Source: Bacilli bacterium
GTDB taxonomy: Bacteria; Bacillota_I; Bacilli_A; ML615J-28; CAG-698
DNA length: 64,000 nucleotides
Direction: 5' to 3'
Assembly: GCA_050174575.1 (NCBI GenBank)
Contig: JBFXJT010000007.1
Location: 6,648-70,647 of the forward strand
Below the pieces are notes generated by a model, which was not told the origin of the DNA, did no database searches, and saw nothing but the letters and a program-made list of their open reading frames with translations. Shown piece by piece: positions 28,758-38,555 of the stretch; position 1 is the first letter of the stretch; each line of letters begins with the position of its first letter. Both the position numbers and the translations under genes were made by a program.

Positions 28758-29284
28758 AAAAAATAATATTATTCCTCCTTTTTGTTAGTTTACTTGCTAT
28801 CGTTGGTTGTACAATTGGTGAAAACACAACTGTTAAAATGTCTTTAAAGTCTGGTATCGATACAGTTGAAATTAATAGCGAATATGTTGATCCAGGTGTC
28901 AAAGCAACTTTTGGTTTATTGAGCCTTGATGTCAAGGTCGTTTCTTCAACCGTCAACACCCAAATGCTCGGGGCTTATGAAATTGTTTATGAAGCTAGTT
29001 ATAACGGTATTTTTAAAACAATTACACGAATAGTGACTGTAATTGATGATACTGCCCCTATTATTTACTTAAATCCTGGTGTTGACACTATTTTAATCGG
29101 TGAAAATTGGGTTGACGCTGGTGTTACGATAACCGACAATAGCAATGTTGTGATTGACCCCATCATAACTGGAGAAATTAACAATCAAGTTGTTGGTGAT
29201 TATGAAATTGTTTATCAAGCAAAAGACTCAAGCAACAATATTAATCAAATTATCCGTATAGTTCATGTTATTGATAACGAATAA
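28754..29284 (+). CDS. Lipoprotein with two DUF5011 (Ig-like) domains
   Basis: Lipobox LLAIVGC. Two ~65-aa modules of the pattern VD.G..A.......G.YEIVY.A.D..G......R.V.VID. Start overlaps the protease stop (ATGA). Confidence 0.7.
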   Translation: MKKIILFLLFVSLLAIVGCTIGENTTVKMSLKSGIDTVEINSEYVDPGVKATFGLLSLDVKVVSSTVNTQMLGAYEIVYEASYNGIFKTITRIVTVIDDTAPIIYLNPGVDTILIGENWVDAGVTITDNSNVVIDPIITGEINNQVVGDYEIVYQAKDSSNNINQIIRIVHVIDNE

Positions 29285-29310
29285 AAAAAGGTCCGATTTT
29301 CGGACCTTCT
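29283..29310 (-). terminator. Terminator of the fructan operon (after the fructokinase gene)
   Basis: GGUCCGA-aaa-UCGGACC followed by UUUUUUU on the minus strand. The same hairpin follows the convergent plus-strand gene, but with a poor U-tract. Confidence 0.75.
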
Positions 29311-30254
29311 CACATTAAATTATTTATTTCATCTAAGGTAGGAAGGGCATCAATTGCCCCTTTTTTTGTTGTCACTAACGCGCCTGAAATATTACCAAAC
29401 CGTAAAATTTGTACAATTTGCTCATCAGTTAAATCATCAATATCTAATTTGTCTAAATTGACTAAAACACCAGCATAGAAAGCGTCTCCTGCACCCGTTG
29501 TATCAATTGGTTTTACAATAATTGATGGTACTTTGAGCAAGCGCCCATGGTGAAAAAAAACAGAGCCATCTTTTCCCAAAGTCAAAAAGACTATTTGGTT
29601 TTTTGTTGTGAGTTTCATCAATCCTTTTTCTAAATCTGTTTCACCAGTAAATAAAATTAATTCGTCTTGAGATATTTTTAAATAATCTGCCTTTTTTGCG
29701 TAATATGTATAAATGTTAATTGCTGTTTGCGCATCAACGAATAAATCATCGCGATAGTTAACATCAAAACTTAATGATTTATGGCTTTTTTTCACAAGTT
29801 TAATAATGTGATTTGCAAGTTCTCTTCCTTTTGGTTCGCTTAACAGTAATGAACCAAGATGAACAATATCAGCTTGTTTGATGGCTTCTAAGCTGGTTTT
29901 GGGGATATGAAAATCCGCTTGGTTTTTGTGATAAAAACTAAAGTGGCGTTCGCCATCATCGTCATTCGCAACAAATGCTAAAGTAGTATTGTGAAATGGA
30001 TCTTCCGTAATTAATGTTTTAGAAAAAGGAATTTTAGATGCAAAATCAATTAAAAATTGACCCATCAAATCAACTCCGACATTTCCAACGAACTGAACAT
30101 TTCCTCCATACTTAGCAATGCCACAAGCAACATTAAAAGGAGCTCCACCCGCAAATGTTTGATAAGACATCGTGTTATTAACTTTTTGACCTATTAAATC
30201 AACAAGGATTTCGCCAATACAGACTATCATTTGTTTCTCCTTAAGTTGTTTCAC
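29310..30254 (-). CDS. scrK: Fructokinase (PfkB/ribokinase family)
   Basis: 314 aa with the PfkB signature DTTGAGDAFYAG. Position at the end of the fructan locus, overlapping the lacI-family gene, supports the fructokinase call. Confidence 0.75.
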   Translation of the reverse strand: MKQLKEKQMIVCIGEILVDLIGQKVNNTMSYQTFAGGAPFNVACGIAKYGGNVQFVGNVGVDLMGQFLIDFASKIPFSKTLITEDPFHNTTLAFVANDDDGERHFSFYHKNQADFHIPKTSLEAIKQADIVHLGSLLLSEPKGRELANHIIKLVKKSHKSLSFDVNYRDDLFVDAQTAINIYTYYAKKADYLKISQDELILFTGETDLEKGLMKLTTKNQIVFLTLGKDGSVFFHHGRLLKVPSIIVKPIDTTGAGDAFYAGVLVNLDKLDIDDLTDEQIVQILRFGNISGALVTTKKGAIDALPTLDEINNLM

Positions 30255-31203
30255 CTAAAATTAAATTAGTTGGAACAAAAATGAATTCTTCCGATGTTTC
30301 ATGATTAATTCGTAATATCAGTTGATTAACAATGGCAACGGCAAGAGCTTCAATATCTTGTTTGACAACAGTAAATTTAGGATGTTGTAAAATCTCATCC
30401 ATGACTCCATCAAATGCAATGATTTTGATTTCTTCAGGAACTTTTTTTCCAAGTTGAGTAGCTATCTGAAAGCAAGTATTGGCAAAGGTATCACTTTGGG
30501 CAAAAATTCCGTCCAATGTTGGGTTCTCTTGCATAAATTGTTTTGCAACAACAAATTCTTCACCATGATATACATTCTTATAACAAGAAGTCGGAACCAT
30601 ATTATATTTTTGCATTACATCCAAATAAGCAAAGTAACGTTTTTGTGTTTCTGAAGGAGCAGTGGACATACCACCAATATAGCCAATGTGATGACACCCT
30701 TTTTGGACAAGATGCTCAATGGCTTTAAAAGTACTTTCATAATTATCACTTGTAACACAAGGAACGTTGTCGAGATGACGATCCAAAGTCACTATGTTTA
30801 GCCCTTTGAAATCAACATCCTGATATAAGTGATTGGTGATGAAAATAATCCCGTCGACTTGTCCTGTCTTAATCATATTCAATAAATGAACTTCTTTATC
30901 TCTTTTTCCTTGAGAACTGACAATAATCATTTTGAAACCTTTTTTATACAAGTAATCCTCAATGTAAAAAGCAATTTTACTAAAGAAAACGTGACTAATG
31001 GTTGGAACAAATAGGGCAACTAATCCAGATCTTTGTGCCTGTAGATTTCGCCCTAATTGATTAGGAATGTAATTGAGTGCTTTAATTGCATCTTCTATTT
31101 TTTTTCGCGATTCTTCAGATACATAACCGTTTTTATTAATGTATCGCGAAACAGTTCCCATGCCAACCCCAGCTCGTTTTGCAACTTCTTTCATTTGGGC
31201 CAA
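30241..31203 (-). CDS. LacI-family transcriptional regulator (probable repressor of the fructan operon)
   Basis: N-terminal HTH MAQMKEVAKRAGVGMGTVSRYIN and a C-terminal periplasmic-binding-protein-like sugar-binding domain. Confidence 0.85.
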   Translation of the reverse strand: MAQMKEVAKRAGVGMGTVSRYINKNGYVSEESRKKIEDAIKALNYIPNQLGRNLQAQRSGLVALFVPTISHVFFSKIAFYIEDYLYKKGFKMIIVSSQGKRDKEVHLLNMIKTGQVDGIIFITNHLYQDVDFKGLNIVTLDRHLDNVPCVTSDNYESTFKAIEHLVQKGCHHIGYIGGMSTAPSETQKRYFAYLDVMQKYNMVPTSCYKNVYHGEEFVVAKQFMQENPTLDGIFAQSDTFANTCFQIATQLGKKVPEEIKIIAFDGVMDEILQHPKFTVVKQDIEALAVAIVNQLILRINHETSEEFIFVPTNLILGETT

Positions 31204-31283
31204 GGTAGTCGCCTCCTAACATGTTTTCATAAACTATATTATATCACTACGTACTACTATTTTTTAACCGTTTTTCGAAATAT

Positions 31284-31344
31284 TGTAATGAAAGTAGTTC
31301 TTTCATGGATGATTAACATCATTTTGAAAGAACTACTTTATTAT
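31284..31344 (-). repeat. Long inverted repeat / RNA hairpin between the 914-aa gene and lacI
   Basis: Arms TAATGAAAGTAGTTCTTTCA (31284-31303) and TGAAAGAACTACTTTATTA (31326-31344) are about 19 of 20 complementary, with a ~20-nt loop. Each arm is itself a GAAAG...CTTTC mini-palindrome. Confidence 0.7.
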
Positions 31345-31353
31345 TAAACAACC

Positions 31354-34098
31354 TTATCCCATTTGATTAGTAATTGTTTGCCATGGAATATTGTGTGTTC
31401 GTTCGACAGTCCATTGATCGCTCGTATCTTTACTGTAAAGAGTTACGGTATCAAAGCCATTAGCAATATCTGGAGTAACTGCATAGTATGTTACAACTTC
31501 ATCAAAGAAGGCAACAGCCCAACCAGCTACTTCAATATCACAAAGTTCCAAATACAATTCCTGGCCTAAGTAAGCACTTAAATCAATAAAATATGTCCCC
31601 ATATCTGCCCATGATCCACCTAAATCTACACTTGGGAAATTGGTATCGCTAAAACGATTTTGTTTATATAAACCAATTTGTGTCCCGTCAGCTAAATAAA
31701 CTTTTACAGCTGCAGCATTAGCACCCATTTTTAAAGAAATAAAGCCTGTTCCGTGAAGAGTAAAATTGGTTGAGCGTAATGAATATTGCTCGCTTTCCGC
31801 AACACCTGAAGTCCATCCGTCAAAGTGATAATCACCGCTTTGGTTATATGGTAATTTTTCATTCCAATAATGTGTTTGACTTATAACAGCATTAACTGTA
31901 ACTTTTTCAGAAGTCCAACCAGTCATATCACCAGTTTCAAAACCTCCATTGATAATTAAACCATTATTGCCCATTTCCCATTCGATATTAACATCTGGTT
32001 CTTGGACACTGTCTTTTGTAGAACCAGCAACAGTATCAAAGCCATTTGCAACATCAGGAACAGTTGTATGATAGAAATTAATATCATCAAAGAAAGAAAC
32101 TGCCCAACCAGCTGTAGCTGGATCATCAATCAATTCAACATAAACTTTTTCGCCTAAATAAGCCGATAAGTCCGCAAAGTAACGTGTCATGGTCGCTAAA
32201 CGTCCACCATTAGCAAGGTATGGGAAATCAAAATCTTTGAAACGATAATTTGTGAAATAACCGATGACTGTTCCATCTTCTTTTACAACACGAACAGCGG
32301 CAGCTTTTCCACCCATCATGAAGGAAACCCAACCAGTACCAGATAATGTAAATAATCCAGAGCGTAAAGTATAACCAGCTGATTCCACGCTTGTTGCTGT
32401 CCAACCATCAAAATGGTAATTTCCTTGTTGGTTATAAGCAATCATTTCGCCCCAGAAAGTTTCTGCGCTTAAGGCACCATTAATTATATCGCCAAAAACA
32501 ACACTCCAACCAGTCATATCACCTGTTTCAAATCCACCGTTTGCGACATTGGTATCGGCAGAAACGACAACATTGAATGTGCTCGTAACTGTTTCGCTTT
32601 CATAAGTTGTCCCATAATGAACAACATATGTTCCTTCTTGATCAAAATCAAAAGCATCAAATCCTGTTGTAAACTCTGTTTCGCCTAAAACAACTTTTGT
32701 AATGACAGCTGGTACAGCCGTTTCGCCATAAGTTATCACGACATCAGCCATTAATGCTGTCAAGTTGTAATCATTTACCATCGCCGTTACAAAACCTTCT
32801 GCTTCAGTTTCAATCATTAAGGCAGGTAATTCAAATGGATAATCATAATTTGTATAGTATTCTTGTAAATGAGCTAGCGAATTATATGAATCGGTGTATG
32901 TTTCTGCCATAATTGCTTGGAAAGTAGATTTCATTAAAGCTTTTACTTCAACTTCCGTCATACTAACACGGAAATCATCAGCATTGATGAAAGCAAATCC
33001 GCTACTTGGATTGTTGTCCACAATCGAGATGTACAACACATCGCCAAGGTATTCGGATGCATCAACATAAACGCGACGTAATGTCAATGGTAATCCTGGA
33101 TCGTTAAATGTTGTATTAGTGACTTGGATTAATTCTGCATCTGTTGTTCCGTCATTAATAGAAATATAACAATTTGTTGGCCCAGAACCAATCATAAAGG
33201 AAATCCAACCATCACCGGCTAATGTGAATTTTGTAGAACGGATTGCTCCAACTGCTGATTCGGCAGTAGCTGCATTGTTATTTCCGTCTAAATAATAATC
33301 ACCTTCACCATAAACCATACGATCAGTCCAATAAAATTGTGATGTTGGAACGACAACTGTTCCACCAAATGCTGTACCGCTTAATTGTTTCCAACCAGTT
33401 AAATCACCTGTTTCAAACCCACCATTTGTAATCGTTGTTGATGTTGGGTCTTCTTCAAATTCTGGTTCTCCATAAGCTTCAATTTGGGCATCACGTTCTG
33501 CTTGCATAGCTGTAACTTCTGCTTCAGTCAAACAAACTACAAAATCATCTAAATTGACATAGCCATAATCATCGGTGTTATCACTGTCAGTTACTCTGAT
33601 ATAAATGATTTTATTCAAATGTGCTGATAAATCAACAACTCTTCTGATCATTTGATCAGTAATAAATGGTTCATCATAATCAGTATTCGTTATTTTTAAC
33701 AAAGCCGTGGCATTGTCTTTTTCAAAGAACTCAACAAAAATCTTATCTTGATTTTTTGCAGCTCCCATTTTAAAAGCAATTTTACCAGTTCCAGTTAATT
33801 TAAAGAAAGAAGATGTTAGTGTACCAACCATTTGTTGAGTACCACCATCCGTTCCACTGAACCAAAATTCTCCTGTTTTATCTACAGTAATTCCATTTAC
33901 TTTTAGATCATTAACGATACCGCGAGGACTAAAAGCCGTTTCTGTTTTTGTCCATCCCGTCCAAACTTCTGCTGTTCCAACTTCAAATCCACCGTTTGTA
34001 ATTTGGGTTGGATACTCTTCTTCTTTACCACATGCTGCTAACAATAATAAAGAGAGTGCTAGCATAAATACAAAGGTAAAACGCCATGTTTTTTTCAT
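31354..34098 (-). CDS. Surface lipoprotein made of four tandem CBM-like (ConA-like/CBM66-like) beta-sandwich modules; putative fructan-binding protein
   Basis: Lipobox LLLAAC. Four ~190-230-aa repeats each open with NGGFE.G...GW (ITNGGFEVGTAEVW, ITNGGFETGDLTGW, VANGGFETGDMTGW, IINGGFETGDMTGW) and end with ...Y..(V/I)(N/D)DF. The N-terminal module of the adjacent GH32 enzyme is homologous. Confidence 0.6.
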   Translation of the reverse strand: MKKTWRFTFVFMLALSLLLLAACGKEEEYPTQITNGGFEVGTAEVWTGWTKTETAFSPRGIVNDLKVNGITVDKTGEFWFSGTDGGTQQMVGTLTSSFFKLTGTGKIAFKMGAAKNQDKIFVEFFEKDNATALLKITNTDYDEPFITDQMIRRVVDLSAHLNKIIYIRVTDSDNTDDYGYVNLDDFVVCLTEAEVTAMQAERDAQIEAYGEPEFEEDPTSTTITNGGFETGDLTGWKQLSGTAFGGTVVVPTSQFYWTDRMVYGEGDYYLDGNNNAATAESAVGAIRSTKFTLAGDGWISFMIGSGPTNCYISINDGTTDAELIQVTNTTFNDPGLPLTLRRVYVDASEYLGDVLYISIVDNNPSSGFAFINADDFRVSMTEVEVKALMKSTFQAIMAETYTDSYNSLAHLQEYYTNYDYPFELPALMIETEAEGFVTAMVNDYNLTALMADVVITYGETAVPAVITKVVLGETEFTTGFDAFDFDQEGTYVVHYGTTYESETVTSTFNVVVSADTNVANGGFETGDMTGWSVVFGDIINGALSAETFWGEMIAYNQQGNYHFDGWTATSVESAGYTLRSGLFTLSGTGWVSFMMGGKAAAVRVVKEDGTVIGYFTNYRFKDFDFPYLANGGRLATMTRYFADLSAYLGEKVYVELIDDPATAGWAVSFFDDINFYHTTVPDVANGFDTVAGSTKDSVQEPDVNIEWEMGNNGLIINGGFETGDMTGWTSEKVTVNAVISQTHYWNEKLPYNQSGDYHFDGWTSGVAESEQYSLRSTNFTLHGTGFISLKMGANAAAVKVYLADGTQIGLYKQNRFSDTNFPSVDLGGSWADMGTYFIDLSAYLGQELYLELCDIEVAGWAVAFFDEVVTYYAVTPDIANGFDTVTLYSKDTSDQWTVERTHNIPWQTITNQMG

Positions 34099-34115
34099 TT
34101 TTTTCTCCTTTTCCT

Positions 34116-36164
34116 CTATTTTACAATAATGTCATATTTGCTTATTTGCTTTAATATAGAACTTCCCCCAACAGTGAAAAATTCAATACCAGTGTCATTT
34201 AAGCCTGGGTAAACATTTCCAGTCATCGTAATATAACCATCATTAATAAAGACTTCAACACTGGAAACGTCTAAAAAGATTCGTAATTTTAAAATCCCAT
34301 TATTTAAGGAAACGTCAGCACTCCTAGTTTGACGGTTGATTTCCGCACCACTGATTGTTTCACCTGAATTTCCTCGATCAAAGATAACTGTTTGTGAAAG
34401 AGCATCATAATAAACTAATGTTTCGTTTTCTGTTCCTTTAAACAGTTTCACCCCAACTTTAGATGCAGATCCAACTTCAATTTCAAGTTCCAGTTCAACC
34501 GTCTTACCAGAAATTTGTGGGAGGACTAAGTTTCCATTAATCGTTTTATTTTGATAACTGACTTCATTTTGACGATAATTTTCGATTTCTCTAACTGGGG
34601 CTTGATAAATATGGCCATCTTTATAGGTCAATTCTCTTGGCAAGGTATAAGCACCAACCCAGTTATGCGCTTGTGTGACTAAAGTACGATCCCACATTTG
34701 CATCCATGCTAGCATAATTGTTCGTCCATCAGGCGTTATCATCGTTTGAGCAGCATAGAAATCAAATCCACCGTCAAATTCTTGAAATTCATCATAATTG
34801 AATTTCCCCGTTTGATAATCAATTCCACCAACCATATAAACTACCGAGTGAATATTTTCAAATTTCGTCTTGTCTCTTGGTAAATTTTGTGGACTAACAA
34901 TTAAAATCTCTTGATTATTTAACTCAATAAAATCTGGGCATTCATAAACACCATTTAACTGTAAGAAATTTGGTGCTTGAGGATTGTTATTGTTCATGAC
35001 TTTGCCAACATAATCCCAACTAGTTAAATTGCTCGAACGATAAAGGACAACCATGCCATAGCCATTTGCTTTCGTACCGATCAAACAATAATAATATCCA
35101 TCATGATAAAACACTTTTGGATCACGAAAATCAGCTGTTGATACACCGATTGGTACCTCAATTGTAGAAATAACTGGATTACGGGTTAATTTTTCAAAAT
35201 TAATCCCATCTTCGGACACTGCTAGATTTTGTGTTTGTTGATTATTGGCTACGCCAGTATACATGAGGTATAATTTCCCATCTTTTTCAATAGCCGTCCC
35301 ACTAAAGCACCCAAAATCTTGATCATATTTTTGATCGGGAGCTAAAGCTACAGGCTGTAATTCCCACTTAACAAAATCCTTCGTTGTTTGATGCCCCCAA
35401 TGCATTGGGCCCCAACTGCTGGCATAAGGGTTAAATTGGTGAAACAAATGACCTTCACCATTAAACCAAATTAATCCGTTGGGATCATTACTCCATCCTA
35501 TTGGAGATGCAGCATGATAAGTATGACGGTAAGTTGGGTTTACAGTATTAAGATTTTCAAGAACATATTGATATGCATCGTGTACTTTTCCCACTTGATC
35601 TTCAACTCCTTGATAATTAACGATAAAATCGTCAACATTGATGTAATTATAGTTATCGGTATTATTATCATTATCAATAATTTTTATTTGAACTGTTTTT
35701 CCAATATGACTACTTCCATCCAATATGACCCGATGGAGAGTATTTGGACTGCTTTCATCAAAATTTAAATTAGCGCGTGTTGCTAATTCATTCCCTCTTG
35801 AGTCAATTAAAGAAACATAACATAAGTCGACATTTGCTCCACCGCTAATCAAAAATCCGATTTTTCCATTCCCTTTTAATTGAAATTTTTCACTTAACAT
35901 AAAACCGGTTTTACTTAAGCCTGCTTTTTTACCATAAAAGAGAAATTCTCCCGTTTGGTTAAAGCGATTGCCATTTTCATCTTTGTCATTAAGAACAACA
36001 CCAGCATCAGTAAAAGCATCACCGTCTTCTTCCCAGTTTTTTAAGGTACCACTTTCAAAACTAGCGTTTAAAAAGGAATATTCGCCATCCACAGTTTGAT
36101 TACATCCTCCTAATATCATGATGAAAGAAAGAAGGATAGCAATCAAAAGCCATTTATTCTTCAT
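34116..36164 (-). CDS. GH32 beta-fructofuranosidase/levanase lipoprotein with N-terminal CBM-like module (canonical active site)
   Basis: Lipobox ILGGC. GH32 motifs WSNDPNGL (nucleophile), FSGTAI, RDPKVF and YECPDF are all present. Confidence 0.85.
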   Translation of the reverse strand: MKNKWLLIAILLSFIMILGGCNQTVDGEYSFLNASFESGTLKNWEEDGDAFTDAGVVLNDKDENGNRFNQTGEFLFYGKKAGLSKTGFMLSEKFQLKGNGKIGFLISGGANVDLCYVSLIDSRGNELATRANLNFDESSPNTLHRVILDGSSHIGKTVQIKIIDNDNNTDNYNYINVDDFIVNYQGVEDQVGKVHDAYQYVLENLNTVNPTYRHTYHAASPIGWSNDPNGLIWFNGEGHLFHQFNPYASSWGPMHWGHQTTKDFVKWELQPVALAPDQKYDQDFGCFSGTAIEKDGKLYLMYTGVANNQQTQNLAVSEDGINFEKLTRNPVISTIEVPIGVSTADFRDPKVFYHDGYYYCLIGTKANGYGMVVLYRSSNLTSWDYVGKVMNNNNPQAPNFLQLNGVYECPDFIELNNQEILIVSPQNLPRDKTKFENIHSVVYMVGGIDYQTGKFNYDEFQEFDGGFDFYAAQTMITPDGRTIMLAWMQMWDRTLVTQAHNWVGAYTLPRELTYKDGHIYQAPVREIENYRQNEVSYQNKTINGNLVLPQISGKTVELELEIEVGSASKVGVKLFKGTENETLVYYDALSQTVIFDRGNSGETISGAEINRQTRSADVSLNNGILKLRIFLDVSSVEVFINDGYITMTGNVYPGLNDTGIEFFTVGGSSILKQISKYDIIVK

Positions 36165-38544
36165 CCAGTGTTACCTCTTCATAAATTGATTTCATTGTTT
36201 TGACAGTCATTTGGTTTATGTTGACTTCACCATTTTCTGAAAACAAGAGTAACCCTAAAGATGAAGGATCGGGATAAATACGGGCAGAAATAGCTTTTTC
36301 ATTGTTGAAAAAAGCTTCAATTAAAGAACGGTCGAGGTAAATATCCATGACTAAAATATTATTATCTAAAACAAATGAGCCATAGAAATTTCCTGAAATG
36401 TTTTGGTTATCGCTTAATGCACCACTTAAACCTGTTTTTACTCCTAAGGTTTTTAATGTCTCATTAAAATAAAGCGTTGTTTCTTCTAACGTAGTGGCGT
36501 TCTTGCGAACTTTTATTCCAAACAAAGTAGCATTAATGTTTTCAAATTCTACGTGAATATAAAGCATGTCACCCTTTACATCAGTTAATAGGGTGTTGGC
36601 TTCACTGATGGACTTATTGCTCATTGTGACTAATGTCTCTTGGTAATAGTCTTCTAGTGCGGATACTGGGCGAATCATTAAATCCGTTCCGTCACTGTTT
36701 AAATAAACTTCTCTAGCCAGTCCAACACAGTTTGCCCACCCAGATAAATAGACATCCGATGGTTTCCTTTGATCCTGCATGATACTGAAAAGATAAGTTT
36801 TTTGGGAAACTGGATCAATAAAACCTGAAGGGCCAGTAAAAACATTATTACCATAATCAAGTAGTCTTGGAGTCGTCCCAAAAGCAGGATCGGGAATAAA
36901 ACGACCAGCAGTTTTATCGAAAGTACCAAGCCAATAATAAATATCATTATCGGCACTGTCAGCAGGAGCAGGACTAATAATCAACATATATTTTGTAATT
37001 GTTTTACTTTCGTTTGTTACGGGAAGCATAATCGGAAGTTCCCAAACAGGCCCTAAATCGGCAGGTTGATTGACTTGTTCGTACAATTGCCCTTTGTAGG
37101 TCCAATTATTAAACGAGTCATCCTTTGTTGTATAAAGTAAAGCTGTCCCACCAGTATTGATTTTGGTACTTGATGATCCAATTAGTAAAAACCAAGTATC
37201 TTCTTCTTGCCAAACATGGGCATCACGAAATTGTCCCGATGCTCCTTGACCAGCTACTTGTTTAATAGCTAATTCATCATCGATTACCCATTCTGTTAAG
37301 TAGGGATCGGTTGGATCTTTGGGCCTAGCAATACCAATGTTTTGATTGCTTATCAAACCATCTTTTTGATAAGAGTCATTTCCAGCAGTAAATAGTAAGA
37401 CGGGAATGCCTTCATTATCATAAGTTACACCACCGCTCCATACACCATCCGGACAAACGGAATCAGCTGTTGGGGTGATAACTTCTTTTAATGGACGCCA
37501 ATTAACCATATCATCACTGATTAAATGCCCCCATCCAATATTGCGAAAATAAGGGCCAAACATATTGAATTGGAAAAATAAGTGATAATACCCATTGTAA
37601 TACATTGGAGCATGAGGTTCATTCATCCAGTGTTGATAAGGACCACCATGATATTGTGTTTTATAAAAATCATCTGTCAGAATATTTTGTAACCAAATAT
37701 CCTCAAAAGCAATTTCCGGAACTGTCTTACTTTCGTAAACTTGCTTTACATCATTTGCTTGTAAACTGGCTTCATAGACTTTTAACTCATCAATCAATCC
37801 ACTTACCATATTTAAAGTTGCCGTAGCATTCGAACCTGGATAACTATTACGAGCAATGAGGAAGGGTTCGCCCGACGCTCCCATAATGGTTGCCCCTTCG
37901 AAAAAATAATCAATGTTGACTAATTCGCCATTTAAATATATGGCCATTTCGCCTTGATCACCATCGAAGGTTGCCACAATATGATTCCATTCATATTTTT
38001 TAAGGGGATTACCTTCATCCCATAAAGTTAACCATCGGTCACCAAGACCTACTTGAAAGCTCCAAGAACCATGGCGTTGATAGCCAAGAATAAATCCTTG
38101 GTTTTCACTTTTATTGTGTTGAGAAACAATCGCTGTTAATTTATCAGTTCCATTGTCTTTGGCATTGGGATCGTCCCACTCAAAGGCCCTTGGAGCAATC
38201 CAAACACTAATTGATAATTTTGAACCGCGAATTTTTAAATCTTCTTCTTGATAACGGATAAAATTAGAATATCCATCAAACAATAAGGAGCCATTATTGA
38301 TCCCTGTTGCGCGCCACTGTGGATCCTCAGGATTTTCCATAAAGCTAGGGTTTGTGAAAACATAAGCAACAGTCGCTGGAGCTTCGTTTTTCGAAGCATC
38401 ATTCACTTTGTTGCCCTGACCTTCATCAAAAGTTAAATGTAACAATAAATCTTTTGTATAAGGGTCGCTCTTTCCACATGCATATAAACTTGAAACAATG
38501 AATAATAGGAAAAAAATAGTCAATAGTTTTTTTGTTATCATCAT
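36154..38544 (-). CDS. GH32-like lipoprotein with N-terminal LamG-like domain; variant active-site motifs
   Basis: Lipobox LYAC; N-terminal ConA/LamG-like domain. The GH32 block reads WMNEPHAPMYYNGYYHLFFQFN...WGHLISDDMVNW, but the canonical NDPNG is NEPHA, RDP is RDA (FRDAHVW), and EC is EL (WELPIM). Confidence 0.75.
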   Translation of the reverse strand: MMITKKLLTIFFLLFIVSSLYACGKSDPYTKDLLLHLTFDEGQGNKVNDASKNEAPATVAYVFTNPSFMENPEDPQWRATGINNGSLLFDGYSNFIRYQEEDLKIRGSKLSISVWIAPRAFEWDDPNAKDNGTDKLTAIVSQHNKSENQGFILGYQRHGSWSFQVGLGDRWLTLWDEGNPLKKYEWNHIVATFDGDQGEMAIYLNGELVNIDYFFEGATIMGASGEPFLIARNSYPGSNATATLNMVSGLIDELKVYEASLQANDVKQVYESKTVPEIAFEDIWLQNILTDDFYKTQYHGGPYQHWMNEPHAPMYYNGYYHLFFQFNMFGPYFRNIGWGHLISDDMVNWRPLKEVITPTADSVCPDGVWSGGVTYDNEGIPVLLFTAGNDSYQKDGLISNQNIGIARPKDPTDPYLTEWVIDDELAIKQVAGQGASGQFRDAHVWQEEDTWFLLIGSSSTKINTGGTALLYTTKDDSFNNWTYKGQLYEQVNQPADLGPVWELPIMLPVTNESKTITKYMLIISPAPADSADNDIYYWLGTFDKTAGRFIPDPAFGTTPRLLDYGNNVFTGPSGFIDPVSQKTYLFSIMQDQRKPSDVYLSGWANCVGLAREVYLNSDGTDLMIRPVSALEDYYQETLVTMSNKSISEANTLLTDVKGDMLYIHVEFENINATLFGIKVRKNATTLEETTLYFNETLKTLGVKTGLSGALSDNQNISGNFYGSFVLDNNILVMDIYLDRSLIEAFFNNEKAISARIYPDPSSLGLLLFSENGEVNINQMTVKTMKSIYEEVTLDEE

Positions 38545-38555
38545 CTTTTTCCCTC

